From Raphidiopsis brookii D9 (GTDB lineage: Bacteria > Cyanobacteriota > Cyanobacteriia > Cyanobacteriales > Nostocaceae): a DNA stretch of 32,000 nucleotides. The notes beneath the pieces are model-generated. The model worked only from the letters and a program-made list of their open reading frames with translations, was not told the DNA's origin and made no database searches. The stretch's first letter is position 1. Each line of letters begins with the position of its first letter. The DNA lies in assembly GCA_000175855.1 (NCBI GenBank), contig ACYB01000001.1:5576-37575 (forward strand). Direction: 5' to 3'. Position numbers and translations under genes: made by a program. This document shows positions 7,702 through 17,284 of the stretch, one piece after another.

Positions 7702-8433
7702 TTACAATCCATCATCTACATCTCCCCATAGGGGTAGATGACCGACCGGTGCGGTTATGGTAAAGTTAATATCAGAGTAGTCAAGCCATTTTCCTTCTCT
7801 TCTCCATCCTACTCGATCTCCAAATTCTCTCCAAATTAGAAGATCGTAGTTTTTACCCCCTCCTAAACTCTCATATATTCTTCGCTGGACTGAGAAACCA
7901 AATTTTCCACCACTGTGTTCTAACCATAATTGGTCAATGATATGCAGGTCAAAACAGGGAAAATTCTCAATGTCCTGTAACTGTAAGTAGCCTTGTTCTG
8001 TTCGTTTTGCCACTATCAACATTATCTTTTGTGTTTCCAAATCTGCTTGTTTCCATTTCTTGGCCTTGAGCAATTTGTTTAGTTTCGTGTAAATATTAAC
8101 TGCTGATCCTTCGGGAGTATGAGATGTGTCCGTAATTAGTGTTTTGTTGTTATTGATAGCGCTAATTAATCCACTACATTTAAATAGTAGACTGTAGACC
8201 ACATCCTTGACCTCTGGGGTTTCTAGCTTGTCGTTGAGAATGCTAAGGAGGAATTTTGTCCCCTCCTTTCCATAGTTTAAGGCTTGCTGTATTATTTCTG
8301 TCCTTCTGTTAGGTGGAGAACTGTAATAGTTGATTATCAGTCCTGCTATTCCACTTACAGCAGGATTGTTTGGTACATTGTCAATACTGGTCAGTGCGGC
8401 ATCGTATTTAGACAATTCTATTGTGTTGCTCAT
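7702..8433 (-). CDS. GUN4-domain protein with an uncharacterised helical N-terminal region
   Basis: The C-terminal half, WKQADLETQKIML...DIENFPCFDLHIIDQLWLEHSGGKFGFSVQRRIYESLGG...WREFGDRVGWR...APVGHLP, matches the GUN4 porphyrin-binding domain signature. Confidence 0.8.
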   Translation of the reverse strand: MSNTIELSKYDAALTSIDNVPNNPAVSGIAGLIINYYSSPPNRRTEIIQQALNYGKEGTKFLLSILNDKLETPEVKDVVYSLLFKCSGLISAINNNKTLITDTSHTPEGSAVNIYTKLNKLLKAKKWKQADLETQKIMLIVAKRTEQGYLQLQDIENFPCFDLHIIDQLWLEHSGGKFGFSVQRRIYESLGGGKNYDLLIWREFGDRVGWRREGKWLDYSDINFTITAPVGHLPLWGDVDDGL

Positions 8434-8536
8434 GAATATATCGGTAGATAGTTTTTACATGATTCTTACTACAAGAGGTTTTATGAGATTACGGTTTGCT
8501 CGGCACATTTAGATACGCGAAAATTTTGCTCATTTA

Positions 8537-10528
8537 CTACTCATATTCATCCAAACTGTATATTTCCAAGTCACTATCCATTGATGCACCAATTCCTGCT
8601 AGATCAAAATTGTCATCTGTGAGCTGAGTGATTTGTCCCGAGAAGAATTCAGCCAAACTTTTAGCTGCTTTAGCTACTTGACTCTCGTTCCAGTTGGAAA
8701 CTGACCCATTAGATGTAGGTGATTGATTGGTTGTGACTCTGGAATCTGATTCCCTGTTGTGTGGATGGGATGGAGTGCTTGGATTAGGTGTCAACTTATT
8801 GACTAGTGGTGGGTTACTAGCTGGATTGTTGACTGGATTATCAACTATTGTATCAACTGTTTCAATTTTGGGGGATGGGATTGGTTGTGGTACTGGTTGA
8901 TAAACACGGGTGGAATCTTCTGGTATGGAATTTCTTCTGGTGGTGGTAGGCGAGGAATTTGTCTTTTCTAACTGAATCTCAATATGGCGCTGAAAGGTCT
9001 GATGAAAGGCATTTTGAATAATCCCTAGGTCTGATTTACCTTTCTCGTACCATGCTTGTTTAATGCCAATCTTGGCTAAATTACCATCAAATTCTAATAG
9101 TTGACTCATCTGACGGAGCATTTCTCTCCTGGATGCTGGTTGAAGATTGGCCAATACTTGATACCAAATTTGATTTAGGTCATATTCGGATGATGATGGT
9201 ATTTCTTGTCTTGTTATATTGGGTGTTTTATCAGATCCATTAGGTAGTGCTTCTGATGAGCTGGATGTAGCTTGTTCTGGGTAATGATGGGAATGCTGGG
9301 AATTATTGGTGGGAGGGTTTGCTTGTTGATAGTCTTGTCGATAAACATGGGATGGTGACACATTGTGGTTAGTCCCATTCTGGTTTTGTATATTCCCTAG
9401 ATGGAGTGATGGGTTAGATGGAGCTACCATGGAGTTCTGGGTAATAGGTAGCAGTCCCAGTAGGGTCACTTCTAGCCATAAACGCGGCTGGGTGGTACTC
9501 TTTAATTGTGCTTCGGCTGTTCTTAATTGTTGCTGTCCACGTAAAATAAATGTTATGTCTAATTCAGTCGCAAAGTTCACTAATTGTTGCCATGTTTCTT
9601 GAGTACAACTCACTAGATCCTGACGGCTAGAGGCAGTTTTAGCTATCAGTAAATCTCGGTAAAAAGCCCCCAGATTTTGCAGAATAATTAGGGGTTCTCT
9701 ACCCCTGTCTAAAATCTTGCGTGTGTTATCTAGTACATTCTCACTGTCATTTTGAGCGATCGCCTGTAATAGGGCAAATAAATCCTTTTCGCTAACGGAT
9801 CCGACTAAATCCCAAACTTGCTCTGGGGAAACGTCTCCGGGTAATAAAGCCAATTGGTCTAATAAACTTTCAGCATCTCGTAAACCCCCCTGAGATATTT
9901 GGGCAACTAGGGTAATAGCGTCTTGGGAAATAGGGATATTTTCGTTATGAGCGATTTTAGATAAATGTTTTACCATTGCTTCCAACTGAATCCGGCGAAA
10001 GTCAAATCTTTGACAACGGGAAATAATAGTTGGCAATACTCTTTGAGGGTCAGTTGTAGCCAGGACAAAAACTACGTGTTTAGGTGGTTCCTCTAAGGTT
10101 TTAAGTAGTGCATTAAATGCTGCCGTACTTAACATGTGACACTCATCAATTACATAAACCTTATATCGACACTGGACGGGGGCAAATTGGGCCTTTTCTA
10201 TTAGTTCGCGAATATTATCCACACCCGTATTACTAGCAGCGTCAATTTCAATCACATCCAGGGAATAACCCTTGGTAATGCCTTGACAAATATCACATAC
10301 ACCACAGGGGGTGGGAGTGGGATGACCACTTTGGAGACAATTTAATGATTTGGCCAAAATCCTCGCACTGGAAGTTTTCCCCGTACCCCTGGGACCTGTA
10401 AATAAATAAGCTGGAGCAACCTTGACTAAACTAATAGCATTTGTCAGTGTGGTGGCAATTGCTTCCTGTCCAACTAGTTCAGCAAAACTCTTGGGGCGAT
10501 ACTTATGATGTAGGGGCTCGTAGGACAT
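8537..10528 (-). CDS. dnaX: DNA polymerase III subunit gamma/tau
   Basis: HHKYRPKSFAELVGQE, Walker A GPRGTGKTS, Zn module CGVCDICQ, DECHML and SRCQRF. A long Q/N/P/S/T-rich linker precedes a conserved C-terminal domain. Confidence 0.92.
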   Translation of the reverse strand: MSYEPLHHKYRPKSFAELVGQEAIATTLTNAISLVKVAPAYLFTGPRGTGKTSSARILAKSLNCLQSGHPTPTPCGVCDICQGITKGYSLDVIEIDAASNTGVDNIRELIEKAQFAPVQCRYKVYVIDECHMLSTAAFNALLKTLEEPPKHVVFVLATTDPQRVLPTIISRCQRFDFRRIQLEAMVKHLSKIAHNENIPISQDAITLVAQISQGGLRDAESLLDQLALLPGDVSPEQVWDLVGSVSEKDLFALLQAIAQNDSENVLDNTRKILDRGREPLIILQNLGAFYRDLLIAKTASSRQDLVSCTQETWQQLVNFATELDITFILRGQQQLRTAEAQLKSTTQPRLWLEVTLLGLLPITQNSMVAPSNPSLHLGNIQNQNGTNHNVSPSHVYRQDYQQANPPTNNSQHSHHYPEQATSSSSEALPNGSDKTPNITRQEIPSSSEYDLNQIWYQVLANLQPASRREMLRQMSQLLEFDGNLAKIGIKQAWYEKGKSDLGIIQNAFHQTFQRHIEIQLEKTNSSPTTTRRNSIPEDSTRVYQPVPQPIPSPKIETVDTIVDNPVNNPASNPPLVNKLTPNPSTPSHPHNRESDSRVTTNQSPTSNGSVSNWNESQVAKAAKSLAEFFSGQITQLTDDNFDLAGIGASMDSDLEIYSLDEYE

Positions 10529-10842
10529 GGGTAGTCTAGTTTCTATACCAGAATATAATTAGATCAAGTTCGACCAGTCAATACGTTTTAATTCTAGGCA
10601 ATTTTGAAACATTATTAGCAAATATTTAACCATGTTACATCACGTCTAACAATTCTTAGGTGTTCGATTTGCTCCAAGGGTTAGAAGTTAAGGACCTCAA
10701 ACAACTATACTTATACTAACCCCCAAAGCCTAGATTGTCAATTGAGTCATGCTTTGCTGTTTGATCTGGGTTGGGGGTTCATCTTTACCCGGACATTTTT
10801 AGATAAAGGTAAACCCTTGCTTCCAAACCTATCCAAACTTAA

Positions 10843-11487
10843 ATGATAGAACAAATGTTAAACCGTGTAGTTAAATGGCTTAAACAAATTCTAAAAAGAG
10901 TATCTCAAGCCTTATCTGGTCAAAGACGTAGATCTAGCCAGTCGCCACAAAATGGCGAGGAAAAGAGCATACCACCCTTAAGTGACACAGATTTAGAATT
11001 TTTGTTCACAGAACTTTTGACAGGGGTTCGTCAGGCCAAGGGACGGACCTGGGCGCGAAACTGGTTACATCAAATTGAACATCGGGTCACTACTGGTCAA
11101 TGGTTAGACTGGTTACACAAGTTTGGTAATAAATTATTAAATTCCAAAAATCCCCACAACGAGATGGCATCTCGTCTAGTACAGTTAGGGGAGTTAGACG
11201 TAGGTGAAGTAGGTGATCTAGCCTATGAGATAGGCATGGAGTTATTAACTCGCATTCCCATAGAACCAATATGGGAATATGACGGACCCGACGGGGAGAT
11301 AGTAGAAAGTCCAGCAGAGGAAAACTTATCCTTAGAAGAACAAGTAGTAACTCAGGATGATTTATTGGCTATTTTGCGAGAAAATGAACCCCTGCGCCGA
11401 CAAATATCTCAAGATCTACAAATAGATTCGGATGATCCCCAGGTGATTCTTGAGGGTATAATCGACCAAGCAAAAGAGAATCCCTAA
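10843..11487 (+). CDS. Hypothetical protein (acidic C-terminus, Trp-rich helical middle)
   Basis: 214-aa ORF with an ATG start in a clean intergenic context. No motif recognised. Confidence 0.5.
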   Translation: MIEQMLNRVVKWLKQILKRVSQALSGQRRRSSQSPQNGEEKSIPPLSDTDLEFLFTELLTGVRQAKGRTWARNWLHQIEHRVTTGQWLDWLHKFGNKLLNSKNPHNEMASRLVQLGELDVGEVGDLAYEIGMELLTRIPIEPIWEYDGPDGEIVESPAEENLSLEEQVVTQDDLLAILRENEPLRRQISQDLQIDSDDPQVILEGIIDQAKENP

Positions 11488-11802
11488 CTCACTTCGGTTA
11501 AGACATTTAACCGCCAACAACTCACCTGGATTTGAGAATTTTATTCTATTGTGTTCTCCAAAGAGTTGGAAAAAATTTTTAGATGTGATAGAATAATCTA
11601 TCTAAAAGATAATATGTGTAAGCCTAGCTTCCGGGCTAGGATCAGGTAAGGATGTAAGTGTAGATTTACAAGGGACTGGCCAAGTACCCCCTAGGGGATA
11701 GCTTAACTAGTTTTTTGCTACACTATAAACAATCGCCTTATGGCATATAGATCGTTAACTTTGACAAAAACTTACGGAGACTAGAACCAGGAACAAATCA
11801 GC

Positions 11803-12834
11803 ATGGTCAATCAGAACTTAACCGCCAAAGAAATTGGATTTACTCACGAAGATTTCGCTGCTCTACTTGATAAGTACGATTATCACTTCAGCCCTGGTGA
11901 TATTGTACCAGGTACAGTGTTTAGTATAGAGCCGCGTGGCGCTCTGATTGACATTGGTGCTAAAACAGCAGCATACATACCTATACAGGAAATGTCTATT
12001 AACCGGGTGGATGCCCCGGAAGAAGTCTTACAATCAAATGAAACGCGGGAATTTTTCATTCTCACTGATGAAAACGAAGATGGTCAGTTGACTCTGTCTA
12101 TTCGTCGTATTGAATACATGAGAGCATGGGAAAGAGTGCGGCAATTACAGAAAGAAGATGCCACTGTCCGTTCTGATGTTTTTGCAACTAATCGTGGCGG
12201 TGCATTAGTACGAATCGAAGGACTCAGGGGTTTCATTCCCGGTTCCCATATTAGCACTCGCAAGCCCAAAGAAGAACTAGTAGGGGAACAACTGCCCTTA
12301 AAATTCCTAGAAGTGGATGAGGAGCGTAACCGCTTGGTCCTCTCCCATCGTCGGGCACTGGTTGAACGTAAGATGAACCGCTTGGAAGTGGGAGAGGTAG
12401 TAATTGGTACTGTTCGCGGCATCAAACCTTATGGTGCATTTATTGATATTGGTGGTGTAAGCGGACTACTACATATCTCTGAAATCTCTCAGGAGCATAT
12501 AGACACGCCCCATAGTGTATTTAATGTAAATGACGAAGTAAAAGTCATGATCATTGATTTAGATGCTGAGAGAGGTCGTATTTCCCTATCTACCAAGCAA
12601 TTGGAGCCCGAACCCGGGGACATGATTAAGAATCGTGATTTAGTCTATGACAAGGCTGAAGAAATGGCAGCTAAGTATAGGGAACAAATGTTAGCTAAAC
12701 AGCAGGGTATTGCCGTTGCACCAGTGGAAGGATCAGAAACCGCACCGGTGGAAGAACTAGAAGTAGTTGCTGAAACCGAAGTTCCACCAGCAATTGAAGT
12801 GGAAGAAGAAATCCCGGTGGCGGTGGAAGAGTAA
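11803..12834 (+). CDS. rpsA: 30S ribosomal protein S1 (cyanobacterial short form, three S1 domains, acidic tail)
   Basis: FSPGDIVPGTVFSIEPRGALIDIGAKTAAYIPIQEMS, then GFIPGSHIS and GLLHISEIS S1-domain repeats. Confidence 0.92.
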   Translation: MVNQNLTAKEIGFTHEDFAALLDKYDYHFSPGDIVPGTVFSIEPRGALIDIGAKTAAYIPIQEMSINRVDAPEEVLQSNETREFFILTDENEDGQLTLSIRRIEYMRAWERVRQLQKEDATVRSDVFATNRGGALVRIEGLRGFIPGSHISTRKPKEELVGEQLPLKFLEVDEERNRLVLSHRRALVERKMNRLEVGEVVIGTVRGIKPYGAFIDIGGVSGLLHISEISQEHIDTPHSVFNVNDEVKVMIIDLDAERGRISLSTKQLEPEPGDMIKNRDLVYDKAEEMAAKYREQMLAKQQGIAVAPVEGSETAPVEELEVVAETEVPPAIEVEEEIPVAVEE

Positions 12835-12873
12835 CATATCTGTTGTGGTTATCTACAGCAAAACACTTAAACA

Positions 12874-12903
12874 AGAGGGTAATTCCCCTCTTTTTTATTT
12901 TTG
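12874..12903 (+). terminator. Rho-independent terminator after rpsA
   Basis: The stem is AGAGGG (12874-12879) paired with CCCTCT (12886-12891), and a T-rich run follows (ttttttattttt). Confidence 0.6.
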
Positions 12904-12949
12904 CTAACTGGCATTGTTAATCTTAATTAGTCTTATGGAGGTTAGACAC

Positions 12950-13684
12950 ATGGTTACTATTAAATGTGGTAACGTTGTCTTTTCAGATATTCAGGCAGTT
13001 TTATTCGATAAAAATGGTACTTTAGAAGACTCAGAAGATTTTTTAAGATCCCTAGGTCAAAAAGCAGTAAGACTAATAGACGCGCAAATTCCCGGTATTG
13101 GGGAACCATTGTCAATGGCGTTGGGGATTAGTGGAGATGTGTTAGATTTAACAGGTTTAATGGCCGTAGCCAGTCGCAAGGAAACGGAAATTGCTGCTGC
13201 TGCTTACATTGCGGAAACTGGTAGGGGATGGTTTGATTGTTTAAAAATTGCCCGTCAAGCTTTAAAAGAAGCTCATGAATATATTGGACAAAACCCATCC
13301 TCTTTATATCCAGGAGTCTTAGAGCTGTTGGAGTTATTATCATCCCGGGGAACAAAACTGGGGATTCTTTCAGCTGCGACCACTAAAGGTGTGAAGCAGT
13401 TTGTTACTTGTTATGGTTTGAGAGACTATCTAGAATTAGAAATGGGAGTGGATGAGGGCCTTGGTAAACCAGATCCTAGGTTGTTTTTACAAGCTTGTAA
13501 TACCTTAGGCGTGCAGCCTCAAAATGCTTTAATGGTAGGGGATTCTATAGGTGATATGCAAATGGCACGAGATGCTAAAGCAGGGGGTTGTATAGGGATT
13601 ACCTGGAACAATAACTTGGCACAGGTACGGGGAGCGGATGTGGTTATCCATCAACTTGCTGACATCCAAGTTTTAACTAATTAA
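12950..13684 (+). CDS. HAD-superfamily hydrolase
   Basis: Motif I is FDKNGTL, motif II ILSAATT, motif III GKPDP and motif IV VGDSIGDM. GGAGG lies 8 nt upstream of the ATG at 12950. The track start at 12914 is a less likely alternative start. Confidence 0.75.
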   Translation: MVTIKCGNVVFSDIQAVLFDKNGTLEDSEDFLRSLGQKAVRLIDAQIPGIGEPLSMALGISGDVLDLTGLMAVASRKETEIAAAAYIAETGRGWFDCLKIARQALKEAHEYIGQNPSSLYPGVLELLELLSSRGTKLGILSAATTKGVKQFVTCYGLRDYLELEMGVDEGLGKPDPRLFLQACNTLGVQPQNALMVGDSIGDMQMARDAKAGGCIGITWNNNLAQVRGADVVIHQLADIQVLTN

Positions 13685-13702
13685 TGGCCTGATCTGGAAA
13701 GC

Positions 13703-14914
13703 TCACGGTTTCAATCCAGCAATTTTCTGGACAAAATAACCCTCTTGGTATTTTAGTTCTCGGGCAATTTTTAATCCCTGCTCAAAAGCTATTAAAGCGT
13801 TGGCACTTTCTTCTTTCTGTACATAAATATCCCCCAGTTGATCATAGGCTTGCATTAGTCCATAAAAATTTCTGGCTAGGGTTTGGGTTTCTAGGAGAAT
13901 TTTACTAGCTTGTAATGCTTCTCCAATTTGATTTTGGGAACGATAAAGATCAATGAGTTTTTCTAATGCTTCACCAGCGCTTAGATACATTTGCAATTGC
14001 CAAGCAATAATATAAGCCTCTTGATAACTGTTCAATGCTGGTTGGAGAAAGGAAGGATTTTGTGGTACTAGGGACTGATAATTTTCTGCTATTGCTATTT
14101 TTATCCGGGGAATTGCCTGCTGGTTGTCTTGTTGATTGTAAATTGATGCTAACTGATTGAGTATATTAATTGCTTTAAGGGGTTGTTTACTTTGTTCAAA
14201 AATATAAGCCAGTTGTTGTAAATACCTTAATTGATTGGTTCTATCACCTCTAGTTACTGCTAAATTCAGTAGCTCTTGATATGTGATCGCAGCTTGGGAA
14301 TAATTAAACCAATTTAGATGTAACTCACCTATTTGATTCAGAGTTTCCACCTCAGCAACCAGGTCATTTTCACGTTTGACCAGACTTAGAACCCGCTCAT
14401 AAACCTTCACTGCTAACTGAGGAGAACGTACATTTTGATATCCTACCCCTAGCGATCGCCATAGTTGTAAATCAGCACTTTTTTCATTTTGTAACTGGGT
14501 TTCAATTTTCCGTAAGCTCTGGGTGATATACTGTACCTGTTGTCGATTATTTTCTCGCCAGGCAATTGCACCTACTCTTGATATTGCTTGTACTTGTGAT
14601 AACAGACCTAAAAATCGTCTTAGTCGCAATTCTCGATTCCACATAGAAAAAGCAGTTTCTTGATCTCCACTTTCTAACCTGATTGTAGCCTGTTGATTCA
14701 ACTCATCTAAGGCAGCTTCTAAGGTTTTTAATTCTTCCGTAGTTAATGGTTTTTCGTTGACATTACTCCTAATGAGGGAGTCTGGTATATTAGTTTCTAG
14801 GGGATTGGGGGAAAACTTATCTATTGTTGGTTTGGGATTTTGTGCCAGTGTCACAAAACTTGACAAATGCCAGATAATAATACTAACTACCACATAATTT
14901 AATGTTTTGAGCAT
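13703..14914 (-). CDS. Secreted TPR-repeat protein
   Basis: An N-terminal signal-like segment (VVVSIIIWHLSSFVTLA/Q) is followed by repeated TPR-like A..Y...L helical units. Confidence 0.65.
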   Translation of the reverse strand: MLKTLNYVVVSIIIWHLSSFVTLAQNPKPTIDKFSPNPLETNIPDSLIRSNVNEKPLTTEELKTLEAALDELNQQATIRLESGDQETAFSMWNRELRLRRFLGLLSQVQAISRVGAIAWRENNRQQVQYITQSLRKIETQLQNEKSADLQLWRSLGVGYQNVRSPQLAVKVYERVLSLVKRENDLVAEVETLNQIGELHLNWFNYSQAAITYQELLNLAVTRGDRTNQLRYLQQLAYIFEQSKQPLKAINILNQLASIYNQQDNQQAIPRIKIAIAENYQSLVPQNPSFLQPALNSYQEAYIIAWQLQMYLSAGEALEKLIDLYRSQNQIGEALQASKILLETQTLARNFYGLMQAYDQLGDIYVQKEESANALIAFEQGLKIARELKYQEGYFVQKIAGLKP

Positions 14915-14980
14915 AAATTACCCACCTTCTCCAGTATAACTAAACCGTGAAATTACCATATTTAGGCCTCTTTACCCCTT

Positions 14981-15760
14981 ATGAGTAAACTCATCCCCGC
15001 CCTCAGCATCAAAAACTTTAATTTTTATTACAACAATCGAAAAATCCTTGAGGGTGTATCAATGAATATATCTCAAAACAAAATCACAGCCATGATTGGG
15101 CCTAGTGGTTGTGGCAAATCTACTTTTCTAAAATCTCTTAACCGTATGAGTGAACTAGAAGGAGAAGTGAAATTAGAAGGAACAGTAGAATTTTTTGGAC
15201 AAAATATCCATGGTAAACGGGTAAATTTAAATCGTCTTCGCCGTCAGATTAGTATGATCTATGCCCTACCAAATCTTTTCCCCATCAGCATCTATGACAA
15301 TGTGGTCTACGGGGTAAAATTAATTGGCTGGCATCCCAAAGCAGAATTAGATGAAATAGTAGAGATAGCACTCAAGAGGGCAAATATTTGGGAGGAGTTG
15401 AAAAATAAAATGCACAAATCAGCCCTAGAATTGTCTATAGGACAACAACAAAGACTTTGTATTGCCCGATCCCTAGCTGTAAAACCACAGGTACTATTAA
15501 TAGATGAATTTTGTCTAGGACTAGACCCCATTGCCATTAGAAAGATGGAAGAACTCATAGAGTGTTTGCGATCGGAGTTAACAATTGTGTTTGTTTCTCA
15601 CAATATCCAACAGGTTTTAAGACTATCAGATTTTACTGCCATATTTCAATACAATCAAAATCATGTTGGGAATCTGGCAGATTTTGGTCCTAGCAAAAGA
15701 ATCATAGCGAATAGTTTTCACCATCGGATTCGGGATTCTATAGGTAACTATTGGCGATAG
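14981..15760 (+). CDS. PstB-like ABC ATPase, orphan and with degenerate catalytic motifs
   Basis: FYY...GPSGCGKST...SIYDNVVYG...LSIGQQQRLCIARSL...LLIDEFCLGLDP...VSHNIQQV is clearly PstB-like. No pstS, pstC or pstA is present in the window. Confidence 0.8.
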   Translation: MSKLIPALSIKNFNFYYNNRKILEGVSMNISQNKITAMIGPSGCGKSTFLKSLNRMSELEGEVKLEGTVEFFGQNIHGKRVNLNRLRRQISMIYALPNLFPISIYDNVVYGVKLIGWHPKAELDEIVEIALKRANIWEELKNKMHKSALELSIGQQQRLCIARSLAVKPQVLLIDEFCLGLDPIAIRKMEELIECLRSELTIVFVSHNIQQVLRLSDFTAIFQYNQNHVGNLADFGPSKRIIANSFHHRIRDSIGNYWR

Positions 15761-15767
15761 GTCGGTT

Positions 15768-16325
15768 TTAAGGTTTTAGGACTAGAAATGAACGAGCTAA
15801 GAAAAAGCTAGTAACCGTTTTAGCGTCTACAGGCTCTCCTCTATCAATAGCGGTTTCTAATTCTGCAGGGGATAAAAATACAGTTTCAATATCTTCATCT
15901 TCATCTTGCTGGGGGGGTGTTTCCAGTTTTTCCAAATCCCGAGCTAAAAAAGCATAGATAATTTCATCGGAATAACCAGGTGCTAGGAAAAATTCTCCTA
16001 ACTTATCCCACTGATGAGCTTTGTAACCAATTTCTTCTTGAATTTCTCTTTGTACTGTTGTCAAGGGCTTTTCATTTGGTTCCACAGTACCAGCAGGAAA
16101 TTCTAACAACCTTCCCTGAACTGCAAAACGATATTGGCGCACCAGAATTAATTTGCCATCATCAGTAACTGGAATGGCTAAAGCACCACCGGGATGACGA
16201 ATACATTCCCATTCTCCTTCCGACTTGTTTGGTAACCGTAAACGACTCACTTCAAAGTCGAATTTGCGACCCTTATGGAATAAACGTTGCTTAAGCAACT
16301 GTGGCAATTCTCTACCTAATGGCAT
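15768..16325 (-). CDS. Nudix hydrolase, ADP-ribose pyrophosphatase-like
   Basis: The Nudix box GTVEPNEKPLTTVQREIQEEIGY is perfect. LEFPAG and APGYSDE are typical of the ADPRase subgroup. Confidence 0.8.
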   Translation of the reverse strand: MPLGRELPQLLKQRLFHKGRKFDFEVSRLRLPNKSEGEWECIRHPGGALAIPVTDDGKLILVRQYRFAVQGRLLEFPAGTVEPNEKPLTTVQREIQEEIGYKAHQWDKLGEFFLAPGYSDEIIYAFLARDLEKLETPPQQDEDEDIETVFLSPAELETAIDRGEPVDAKTVTSFFLARSFLVLKP

Positions 16326-16382
16326 AATAAACTTCTAATTTTGGCAACTACTAGGAATACATACGGGGAGCAAGTCATACAA

Positions 16383-16904
16383 TCAGGGCCTTCGGATAAT
16401 AGTTTTCACAGCTGAACCACTACACAAGTGTACATCAGAATGGTCTACATTTCTCAATAGATTCCTAATTGTCATTCCAGATATGGGATCTTGCCAGTCT
16501 CCAGCAATTTCTTCTAAAGGAACTAATACAAAACCTCGTTCATACATTCGTGGATGGGGAATTTGCAGGTTGGACTGATTTAAAATTAGGTTATCATATA
16601 TTAACAAGTCCAAGTCTAAGGTTCTTGCTCCCCAACGTTCTAGGCGCACGCGACCGAACTGTTGTTCCACTGCCAATAAGCTGGCTAATAGGTCATGAGG
16701 TGACATTGTTACCTCAAGTATAGCACAAGCATTTAAATAATCTGGTTGAGATGGACCCACAGCTTTGGTTCTATAAAAACTAGATGTAGATTTTATAAGT
16801 AAGCCCGGGATTTGAGATAATGTGTCTAAGCATGATGATAGAATACTGGTTGAATCGCCCAGGTTACTGCCTAGGGCAATTGCAGTTTTATGAGTACTCC
16901 CCAT
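16383..16904 (-). CDS. folK: 2-amino-4-hydroxy-6-hydroxymethyldihydropteridine diphosphokinase (HPPK)
   Basis: AIALGSNLGDS...YRTKAVGP..QPDYLNA...RWGARTLDLDLL...IPHPRMYERGFVLVPLEEI. Confidence 0.88.
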   Translation of the reverse strand: MGSTHKTAIALGSNLGDSTSILSSCLDTLSQIPGLLIKSTSSFYRTKAVGPSQPDYLNACAILEVTMSPHDLLASLLAVEQQFGRVRLERWGARTLDLDLLIYDNLILNQSNLQIPHPRMYERGFVLVPLEEIAGDWQDPISGMTIRNLLRNVDHSDVHLCSGSAVKTIIRRP

Positions 16905-16949
16905 GTTAACTAGGTCCGAAACCAGGGTTCGGTGAGTAATGAGTTTTGA

Positions 16950-17150
16950 CTATTCTTTATCAATCTTGGGGACAAAATCAGGACGATCCTTACTTTCCCA
17001 ACCTGGGGGACGTTTAGAATTGTACCAGGCGATTGAACCAATAGTAACTGCAGCAACAAAGCCAACCACATAGACTAAGGTGAAGGCCAATGGAAAATGA
17101 TTACCAGCGGACACTGGCGCTGCTTCTAGTAGTATTAACGACAAACTCAT
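16950..17150 (-). CDS. Small single-pass membrane protein (66 aa), unassigned
   Basis: It has one clear TM helix (FPLAFTLVYVVGFVAAVTIGSIAWY) and a charged tail (KRPPGWESKDRPDFVPKIDKE). It fits neatly between the PBP gene and folK. Confidence 0.5.
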   Translation of the reverse strand: MSLSLILLEAAPVSAGNHFPLAFTLVYVVGFVAAVTIGSIAWYNSKRPPGWESKDRPDFVPKIDKE

Positions 17151-17284
17151 GAGTGTTTTATCCCACTGCTTATAATATAGGATTTCAGGATTTTATTTCA
17201 TTTTACTATAATCTCACATATTATAGGCATAGTTAACCAAATATGTTGAATATAATATTTGATTTGGGAAAAAAACAAATGTTA

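Noticed and set aside
8537-10528. Programmed frameshift site or intein in dnaX
   Set aside because: I found no A AAA AAG-type slippery heptamer in the coding strand and no intein-like insertion. The extra length is a Q/N/P/S/T-rich linker, which is common in cyanobacterial DnaX.
12084-12425. 113-aa minus-strand ORF inside rpsA (and the 60-aa ORF at 11883-12065)
   Set aside because: It is antisense to a highly conserved ribosomal protein gene, and its Arg/Ser-rich translation is typical of shadow frames.
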